NCBI RefSeq assembly: GCF_000142905.1
Contig: NW_013657650.1
Span: 342,748 to 406,747 of the forward strand
DNA length: 64,000 bases
Direction: 5' to 3'
Source of the DNA: Thecamonas trahens ATCC 50062
Taxonomy: Eukaryota > Protista > Apusomonadida
Part shown: piece after piece, positions 1 to 9,795 of the stretch
How the letters are laid out: each line of letters starts with the position of its first letter
Position numbering within the stretch: the stretch's first letter is position 1
Program-made: the position numbers and the translations under genes
Notes under the pieces: model-generated
Seen by the model: only the letters and a program-made list of their open reading frames with translations
Told to the model about the DNA's origin: nothing
The model's database searches: none

Positions 1-3000
1 ATGCCGACGCCGTCGTCACGGGCGGTGCCGCATGTACTGGACCACATTAACGGGAGCTCGGCGTCGCTGTCAATGGCGATTGTGCAGGCTCACCAGGCGC
101 TGCTGCAGACGCTGTTCTCGTCACTGCCGCCGGTGAGCGAGCTGTCAGACCTGACGTCGCTCACGCCGCTGCAGCGGATCACGTTCCGTCTGCTCTCGAC
201 CGGGATTCGGACGGCGGACCGTGCGTTCATTCTCACCTCGGGCGTGCTAGACTACCTGTGGCAGCTGGCACACAACACGCCGGCAGCAAACAAGGCGACA
301 ACGACCGCGGCATGGATGCTCTTTGCCTTCCTCATGCTGCAGTGCGTCGACGATGCGTCGAGCACGAGGAACGAGGCCGGTACTGGGCCACAGCTGGGGC
401 TCTCAGAGCCCGGCTCTTCCGGCTCGTCGGCTGGCCCGTCGCCTGCGGCCTCGACGCCGGTCTCGGAGACGCCGCGGCCAGAGCCGGGCATGGCGGACAA
501 CTTTTCACGCGATCCGCGGGCCAAGCTCATCCGCCACATGGGGGTGTGGATCCGTAAGGAGCTCGCGGCACTCGAAGCTGGGGCAACGGCGAGCGATACC
601 CAGCTGTGTGCTGTTGTCTCGTTGATGTACTCGCTGTCACGGTCACCGGCGATGCAGGCACTGCTCTTCTCATCGCAGCTCCTCGCGCTCACGGTGTCGC
701 TCATCCAGAGCGAGGCTGTGGCGAGCGCGACCAAACAGGTTGCGGTCCATGTCCTGCAAGCGCTGCTCCCGCTGGCGCGGCCAGAGACGTTTGTGGCGGC
801 GCCGGTGGCGACGCTCGACGACGCGCTCGAGGCATCGTCGGCATCGTCGGCGTCGGTCAGCGCTGTTCTGGACACACTTTACGCCGAGACTATCAAGTGC
901 GCGCTCGCGGAGCGGTACGGTGCGAGCGCAGTTGCGGCAGCCAAGGGCGCGGCGAAGGGCAAGGAAGTCGAAGACGAGGCTAGTGACGATGTGCGGTCGA
1001 CGCCGTCGCTCCTCCATGCGCTCGCAGAGCTTTTCCGCTCACTCCTTGCCGGCTCGCCGTTCTCGCGGCATGTGCGCAAGCTGCTGGAGGCGTCGCTGGC
1101 AAGCCTGGCTTCGTCTCCTGGCATGGAGCGTGTGCTCGAGCTGGCGAGTGAGGCGCGCGATGTCGAGTCGATGTGCGCAGACGCCGAGCTTACGACGGTC
1201 CTGACGATCCTTGCTCCGCTGCCTGAGGTAGTGTATCCGGGTGCGCATGTGCGCATTCTGTCACGGGAGGATGCGTCGACCAAGTACGGGACCGTCATCG
1301 ACGTGGAGGGTACCGGGGCCGAGCGCACAGCCAAGGTCATGTTCCCGAGCGGCGAGAAGACGATCGAGCTGATGGACGTGCTCACGGTGATCAAGCCTGT
1401 TGTGACCGCCAACCACTTTCCGGTGCCAAAGGCGCTGCTCTCGCTGTTTGTCAGTATGACATCTGGTGGGCGGGTTGTGTCATTGGCGGGACTCTGGCTG
1501 CGGGAGCGGATTCTTGCGGTGCTGTGTGCTCTGCTTCCGACGACGGAGAGCCTTTCGCGACTGAGCGCGAGCGGGGACAGTGCACAGATTGCGGAGGTGG
1601 CCAAGGCGGCACGGGAGCTCGCGCAGCGGCCGTCGTACCTGCCTGCCCGCGAGGTGCAGACGGAGTGGGTGATGCACGCACACGAGCTTTTGCCGACGCT
1701 GCACGCCAACGCGGAGAAGGTGCGCGGAAGTGTGGCGCACGTCAAGGGCCAAAAGTCAGACGTGCTTGACGAGGCAACCCGCCTGACATCGTCGGTGGGC
1801 ATGGCGCCGTCTGACATCTCGAACCTGGGCATGCAGTTCCAGATGATGGACATGGACCACGACGGGTTTGTGACTGCCGACGACATCCGACTGTACTCGT
1901 CGTCGCCTCAGGAGGCGGATTCGCTCATTGCAGGCCTGACGTTTGAGAACGGACAGGTCGATGGCCTTCGGTTTGTGGTTGGCCTTGTCAACGCTGCGAT
2001 TCGTGAGGGTATGGAGACGAACAACTCGTTGTCGTCGCCTGCAGCCATGCAGGCTGCTCTGCAGTCGGTGTTTGGCGGAGTGGCGGCAAGCTCACTGAGT
2101 CTTGAGCTCGAGGCGCCCAAGGCGCTGGCGGGCACGTCTGTGGCGAGCCTCCACTCGGCAGGACTGGGCAAGATTGATGTCGGCAAGCGACTGAGCGGGC
2201 AGTTTGTGCTTGTGGCTGGCAACAAGTGGGCGCGACCAAGGGAGGCGTGGCGGTGGTGGTATTTGACGGCCACGACACTGCGCCCGAGGCGGAGGCTCTG
2301 GGCGCGATTGGCGAGTCTGCAGCCAGCGCCGGTGCGCGGGCAGTGGTGGTCGCTGTGGCGGATCCAGCGAGCTACTCCGAGTCTGGTGCCGTCTTTGATG
2401 CGCTTGACCTCAAGGTCCCACTTGCAGTTGTGGACCTTGCTGCGTTCCGCGAGTGCATCAACTTGCTCGAGTTGGGAGCTGCAGCGGCGGAAGCGTCGGC
2501 GACGATCGACGAGTCAGCTGTGCTTGCGCCGCTGGTGACAGAGCTCTCGCGGAGCATGGAGGCCGCTAGCTGCGGCGAAGCATGGGCCGAGTTTGCCATG
2601 TCTTCGGTCCAGGTCTCAACGACGGCGGCGGATGCGGCGTCGAGCGCCGAACTGGGTGCCGAGTCTAGTGTGATTGCTGACGAGAGCGGAGCCGCGGTCC
2701 TGGACGACGCTGAGGCGGAGGCTGGTCGCGAGGTCTCGGCCGAGGCCGAGGCACGAGTCGAGGCTGAGGCCGAGGCACCTGTCGAGGTCGACCCGAGCAC
2801 GCTTTCGATCGAAGAGCTGGTGAGATTTGAGGGCACCCACTATGTGATCAAGCGGAACCACCTGCTGAATGTAGTGGTGGAGCGCTCTATGCGCGATGCC
2901 AACTCGGAGGAGGAGCGAGCGGAGATGGCGGAGCAGCTGCAGGGCATGACCGAAAACGAGCGGATCGATGCGTTTGTCGATGTGCACTCTGACGTGGACG

Positions 3001-6000
3001 AGGATGGGCGGTCGGCGCTGGAGTTGATGTACAAGCTCTGGTTCATGCCTGGTTCGCAGATCCAGATTGCGGCTGCGCCTGATGTCGAGTCGCGGATGGC
3101 CTGTGTGGAGGCGCTGTATGCCAAGGCCTCGCCGTCTGTGCGCCTGGCTGCGATGCAGCGGCTAGCGCTGTTGCGGGTCAACTTTGACGGGCCGCCGGAG
3201 GAGGTCATGTCGCTGCTGTCGCGGATGATGGACGAGGAGCCCATGTCTGTGTACGCAACGTTTATGAGTTTGGCGCTGGAGCATGTTGAGGACCCGAACG
3301 TCATGTTTGCCACGGTTCTGGTGCCGTTCATTCTGCGGGCCCACACGCCCGAGTCTGAGCTTGACGACGAGACACAGTCGATGATTGTGCGGCTGGCGAT
3401 GGAGCGGGCTGCGACGTTCCAGCAGCTGGCGACTGACCCGGAGGTCCCGCCTGTTGTGGCGATGGTGCTTGCGACAGATGCGCGGCTGGCGGCGCTGGAC
3501 CTTTCGTATGCATCATGGCTGGCGCCGGGCGCGATCGACATGGAGCCGATTGTTGGGTTTGTGCAGGCGCACAGCTCTGTGCAGTTCCTCCAGGGTGCAG
3601 CCGAGGTGTTGGCATCGCCGCCGACCTGGAATGGGTGCCAGAGCGGCGAAAGCAACGAGCGGGGCGAGGGCGAGGCAGAAGCCGACAATGGCGGAGCTGC
3701 AAGCGAAGGAGCTGAACATGGTGGCGCTGGGAGTGTGCGTCGGACCGAGGCTGGGAGTGGCGGTGAGGCTGCAAGCTCGAGCAACAGCGGCACTGACAGC
3801 GTGGCACTTGTGGGCGACTCGTGCATGGAGCTGAGCGGGATTGGGCTGGATTCTGCGGCCATTCCGCCGTCTGTGCTCGAGTGGAACGTGCCGATGCGGG
3901 TTCGTGTGTCCGGACCGACACCACGACGGCCGGAGGAGGCGTACCTTGAGCTGTACAAGGTGGTGTTTTCTGCCAACGTGTGGGGTGCACGTGAGCTAGC
4001 GATTGTGCTTGCGGCACATGAGCACGCGCAGTTTGTGCTCGGCACGTGCGTGTCGTCGACTGCGGCGACAGCCCTCTCGGACGCTGGCGTGGCTCCGATG
4101 GAGATTGACGAGTGCGTTGTTCTTGGGTTGGCAGCCATTGATTCCGTTCAGCACCGGCAGGTGGCTACGCGTGTGCTCCAGGAGGGCGGCGATGTGAAGG
4201 CTGTGATGGAGCGTGCCGGCTCGTACCTTGGAGCGTATGTGGAGCTTATGCGCAGCGCGCTGCCACCGAGTGTGGCACAGGACGCAGAGCTGGTCAAACG
4301 GCACGGTGAGAGGGTGGCTGTCAGCTCTAGCGGCATCCGGTCGGCCTCGACCGGGGCGGGCATGGCGCAGTTTGGCTCGCCGCTCTCTGTGGCGAGCCCT
4401 GTGTTCCGAGTCACGCTTGTCGACCGCGGTACCGAAGGCGCTGTGGGAGTGGGCGTGGCATCAGCCGACTACAACGTCAAGGCGTACCCGGGATGGGAGC
4501 GCAACTCTGTGGCGTACCACATGGACGACGGCAAGCTGTTTGCCTACACGGGACCGGAGCGGAAGCTGACCAAGTTTACGCCGACGCGACGGGTTGGATC
4601 GGTTGTGTACTGCGGACTCGAGCTTGATGAGCAGGGTGAGTTCAGCGGAACGCTTCGGTGGGTCCTTCCGGACGGGACGGAGATTAAGCACGCTGTCGGC
4701 AGTGGGTGGGAGCATCTGTACCCGACGGTCGCGGTGACGTCTGGCGAGGCTGTTGTGGCTGAGGCGCTGGAGCAATGGCCAAGTGCGGAGGAGCTTGCTG
4801 CGGAGCGGTCAGCGAGGATGCCGCGGTACGCGGCCGAGTCGATGTCGTTTGTCGGGCCCAACTCACGGGGGATCCATGCTGTGGAGCTTGATGGCGCGAA
4901 CGGCGGATTCACGCTCGTCTCCTTTGCGCCCGAGGTTAACGTTGAGGGCGGCGCGCTGGAGCTGTTCCAAATGCAGGGGAAGGATCGGTCGACCGCGAGC
5001 GCGTCGCAGCGGCTCCTGCTGGAGGTCGAGGGTGCCGGCGGAGCGCCGTCGACGGCGTCGACTGACGTCACGTGTGGTGACTTTATTGACGTTGTGCTGC
5101 CGTGTGCCGGATTTGAGTACAAGCTGCCTGTGGCGAAGACGCGCGGTGCGCCGCAGGGCTTTGCCTTTGAGGCACTGCTCTGCGAGTCGTCGGCGATGGA
5201 CAGCGCGCATGTGACGCTCCCGACTGGCAAGGGCGCGCTGTGGCTGGCGGCGAGTGCGGTGGCGTGTGCCGAGGCGACCGGGACGACGTTTGCGGACGTG
5301 GCAAGCGTGGGTAAGGCAGTGGCCTTTGCGCGAGTTCTCTCGCAGGCGGCACGGCTTGCACCGGGCTCGCTTCAGCGTGAGCTGTACTTTGTGCTCGGCA
5401 GCGTGGTGACGCATGTCGGTGGCCTGCCTGTGGCCGGCCGGCACGGGAGCTGGCTGACCGAGCTGGCGGCGGAGCTTGAAGCGGATGGTCTCTCGAGCGG
5501 CCTGGGCTCGATGACCCCGAGCGCGATGTTGCAACGAAACCTGCAGGCCAAGGCCGAGCTCGCGCTTGCGCTCAAGACGCTTGCAGCCGAGGCGCCGACG
5601 GTTGCTGAGTACGAGACAGTCGGCGCGAGCAACGTGGCACGTGTCGTTGTGATCGATAACCAGGTGGCGTGTGAGCCCGCCGGCAGTGTTGTGCGTGGCG
5701 ATGGGCTCGACGTGGTGTTTGAAGTTAGCTGCAGCGAGGCGTGGACAGTGTTCGGGGCCGAAGTCGAGGAGGGATCACGCGTTGTGGTTGTGGTCGCGTC
5801 TGGCAGTGGCCGGGTGACCGTGCACGAGGCGACTGGACTGGGCGAGGTGGCCAGTGGCGAGTGGCCAATCGAGTGCGAGAGTGCGTCTGGCTGTGTTGCG
5901 GTGCACGAGACTAGCGTCGAGAGTCTGCCGCGCAGCGTGAGCAGCGGATGGGTGGCGGCACGTGTGTGCGGCGGGCGGCGGGCGCTTGCGCTACAGGCGT

Positions 6001-7666
6001 TTGTAGGCGTGGAGCGCGTGGAGGCCGCGCTCGCGCGGCTGGACACGCTGCTCGAGCAGGCTCCGCTGCGGCTGCTTGAGCTTGTGAACCAGGTTGTGAC
6101 GCTAATGCGTGCGCGGGTCTCGCGCGAGGTGACACGGACGGACATGGGCAACAGCGAGCTTGTGGCCAAGGCGCTGACCGGGCTGCCTGGCGATGCCGCG
6201 CTGGAGCTCGAGGATCTTCTGGGCAGCGCGGGCCACGCGGGACTGGAGGCGCTGTTTGAGATTGTGAGCGCGGCGAACGACGTGCTTGGGTCTGTGGTGC
6301 CTGTGGCAGACCTGTCGCGCAAGCGGCAGCTCTCGGGCAGTGCGGCGCGGGTTGTGGAGACGACCCGGCAGCTACGCGGGGTGCTGTTTGAGTCGACCAA
6401 GTCGCAGCTTCTCTCGGCGGCGCTGGCTGCGTCGCGTGAGACGGAGGAGGCGGGCAAGGTGACGATCAACCGTGGGCACTCGCTGAAGGCGCGCGAGGCG
6501 ATCAAGCTCGGCAAGCCGGTTGACCCGATGAAGAGCGTGCTGGGGCAGCTTGTGCCGACGCTGCTCTCGAGCGCAGCGGCGCTTCGCACCAACGGGCGGG
6601 CGTGGGTGGTGTCGTTTGTGGGCGAGGGCTCACAGGACGGCGGCGGGCTGTACCGCGAGTCTATCGCGATGATGTGTGAGGAGCTTGCAGCAGGCATGTT
6701 TGGGCTGCTTGTGCCGTCGCCCAATCAGGTGCACGGCGTGGGCTCTGGTCGCGAGAACTTTGTGGTTGCGCCCAAGTCGAAGCTGAGCGTGAGCGACATG
6801 GTGGTGTGCACCGCGCTGGGGCGGCTCATTGGGCTGGCGATCCGGTCGGATGAGAAGCTCGACCTCATGCTCCCGTCGCTGTTCTGGAAGCAACTGGCAG
6901 GCATCGAGCCGGACGCATCGGACGTGGATGCGATCGACACGGTTGTGGGGACGATGATTTCGTCAACGCAACAGCTTGCGGAGACAGTGGACTCGACCGA
7001 GGCGTTTGTGAGCGTGTTTGACGAGCGGTTCGAGACAACGCTCTCCGACGGCCGCACTGTGGAGCTTGTGGAGGGTGGGAGCGAGGTGCAGCTGACACCG
7101 GAGCGTGTGCCGGAGTGGACCGAGCTTGTGCTTCAGGCACGGCTGGGCGAGTCTGTGCTGCCGACGGAGATGATCCGTGCAGGCGTGGCGGCCGTTGTTC
7201 CGCTCAGCATGCTGGAGCTCTTCACGTGGCAGCAGGTGCGGGGTCTGGTGTGCGGAGCGTCTGTCATCGACCTGGAAGTGCTCAAGGCGTCGACAGTGTA
7301 CATCCAGCTGTCCGAGGCTGCGCCGCGAGTGGTGCACTTTTGGCGGGCGCTGGAGGACTTTACGCAGGAGGAGCTGCGGATGTTCCTCCGGTTTGTGTGC
7401 GGGCGGTCGCGAATTCCCGCAATGCCAAGAAGTTGCCGCAGTCGCTCAAGATCGAGGCGGCCAAGGGCGGGGCCGGTGCTAGCGATGAGAAGGACCGGGC
7501 GCGGCAACAGGATGCTGCGCTGCCGACGGCGCGGACATGCTTCTCGCTTTTGTTCCTGCCCGACTTTTCGTCTTGGGAGGTTGCGGCGTCGCGACTCCGT
7601 TATGCTATCCGCAACTGCGTGGCGCTCGACGGCGACTTTGTGACGCGCGACGATCTCGAGCTGTAG
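1..7666 (+). CDS. Giant HECT E3 ubiquitin ligase (EF-hand, PA-like, SPRY, HECT); two apparent -1 frameshifts; may continue upstream of the window
   Basis: Joins ORFs 1..2538, 2226..7643 and the tail of 7115..7666. EF-hand FQMMDMDHDGFVTADDIR (~1840-1890). PA-like GGVAVVV...AASAGARAVVV (~2240-2440). SPRY GVGVASADYNVKAYPGWERNSVAYHMDDGKLF (~4445-4545). HECT N-lobe VSFVGEGSQDGGGLYRESI. C-lobe with catalytic Cys LPTARTCFSLLFLPDFSS...RLRYAIRNC.ALDGD is reached only after a frame change near 7416. Confidence 0.88.
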
Positions 7667-7685
7667 TCGCCGTAGTCTGGGTTGT

Positions 7686-9540
7686 TTACGGCTTGGGCTT
7701 GTACGTCCACCAGAAGTTGATGGCGATGGACTGCGAGTCGCGGCCGGCAAGCGATGAGACGTGATGGAACCAGGAAGAAGGGAGGTAGAGGACATGGCCT
7801 GGTGCGAGGTAAAGTCGACCGGCTGGAGGTTTGCGGCGCGCGGGAAGCGGTTGGTGTCAACGTCGTACGGGTTGCGGACGGCAGCAAAGTGCGGGAAGAG
7901 CGGCTCCGCGCGGGTGTTGGGGCGGGAGTAGCGGATCTTGCCGGAGGTCCGGTCAAAGGCAGCCATGTTGCCGAGGGGGTAGAGATCGAGGGCGGCTGTG
8001 GGGGGAAGACGCGGAACGCCTTTTGGCCGCGAAGGAGAATGTACATGTTGTCGCGCTCGTCGTTGTGGAGCGACGAGTTGAAGACAACCGACGGCGAGGT
8101 GGCGTAAGCGGCCCAGACGTTGACCGAGGCGACGTCTGCACCGAGGGCATCGGCAAGGAGCGGCGGGACGGGAAAGTCGGCCTCAAAGGGCGCAAGAAGC
8201 GGCGAGTACTTGCCGTGACCGGTCTGTTGGACATTGAGGTAGAAGAAGAGCTCGTCGAGGCGGCCGGACGAGTCGGTGAGCATGTCGAGGTAGGCAGACA
8301 TGGGCATGGCAGCCATGATGGAAGCGAGACCAGAGATGGGCTCGTTGAGCGCCGAGGTCTGGACAGTGACGGTGGTGTTGCCGAGGGCGGCGGCCATGGC
8401 GTGGGTGTCTAGCTCGGTTGCAGTGGCCGAGTTCCAGCCGAGCGGCGCAAAGTCAGGCGAGCCGTCGGACACGGTGGGAAGGGCCAAGATGGCCGGCTTG
8501 CGGGTGGCGACATGGTTGGCCACAAAGGCGTCCATGTCGGCGCGGGTGGTGGGGAACGGCAGTGTTGGCGGCGTCCAGCCGGGTGGCGGGACAAAGCCAG
8601 TGTAGGCGGCGAGGTCGGCAGCGTCGACGGCGTGCGGCCGCTGCGAGAAGCGCGGGAGGCCGAGTGAGCCGACGGCGTCCGGGTGGCGCTCGGCAATGAT
8701 GCCAAGGAGCGCGTGGGCGTAGGCGTGGTGGGCATCGACGGCAAGGAGCTCGTGGAGGGCGTCGACAGCGTCGTCGGGCTGGTGGAGGGCAAGCGAGACG
8801 ATGGCCTCGGACCACTTGGCCATGAGGATGTCAGGTGAGGCCTCAAAGACAGCGCGAAAGCCTTCGAGCGCCTGCTCAAAGTCACCCAGGGCCATGAGGG
8901 TGGCAGCGAGATCGTAGCGGGCGACCGGGTCGTCTGCGTCGTGACCAGCGTCAGGCTCGGCCTCTGCGCGACCGCCGAGCAGGTCGAGGTAGCGAGAGAG
9001 GGCAAAGACCTTGTCGGGTGATGGCGTCGAGGCGTAGGCGTACATGCGATAGGCATCGATGTGGAAGGGATCGTTAACAAGAATGGCTTGAGCCAGATCG
9101 CGAGCCTCGAGTGCATGGCCAGAGCGAAGGGCAATGTCACCCAGAGCATAGAGCGAGGGCACGTGAGCATTAGCCTTTGCCACGATGGCCTCAAAGCCCT
9201 TCTTTGCCTTTCCCAGCAGCCATCGTTCGCCGCGATGGGCCCGAATGAGCAAGGCCTCTGCGGCAGCAAACTCAGCCTCGATAGCGGCCATGTCTTCCTC
9301 CGACAGCTCATCACGGTTATCGACACCAGCATCATCAGTCATGTACCTGCCACTGTCCATAACATCCAGCTCGTCAAGTGTGTCACCGCTGTCGGAGGCC
9401 TGGTCAGTAGCCTGGTCAGTAGCAGCTGCTGGCAGAGTGCCCGTGGCGGAGACGGCGAGGGCGAGGGCAAGGGCGAGGACGAGGGTGAATGCAAGGGCGA
9501 GGGCGGGGGCGAAAGGACGGGTGCTGTGTCCTCGGTTCAT
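7686..9540 (-). CDS. Signal-peptide/anchor + acidic region + TPR repeats + JmjC (cupin-like) 2OG-Fe(II) oxygenase; two apparent -1 frameshifts
   Basis: ATG 9540, then MNRGHSTRPFAPALALAFTLVLALALALAVSA (hydrophobic). TPR-like units ARYDLAATLMALGDFEQALEGFRAVFEASP. HxD motif SSLHNDERDNMYILLRGQKAFRVFPP. Adding one C near 8000 and one near 7808 gives FTLAPGHVLYLPSSWFHHVSS...IAINFWW and a TAA at 7686-7688. Confidence 0.85.
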
Positions 9541-9795
9541 GGCGGGTGTATGTATGTATGTGTATGTATGTGGGTGGATGGGTGTGGATGGGTGTGGATG
9601 GGTGTGCGGGTTGGTCGAGGTGCTGTCGCTGACCTCGTCGCTGGTTGCGTGTCGCAGTGGCTCTCGGCTCGGTCGCTGCGCGCATGTGACGTCTGAGGCC
9701 GGTTCCATCGGTTTTTGTGGGAGGTGGGGAGATGGGGGGTTTTTTGGGGGTATATTATCGGGGAGCGGGTCGGGGCGGGGGCGTTCAGGTGTTTA

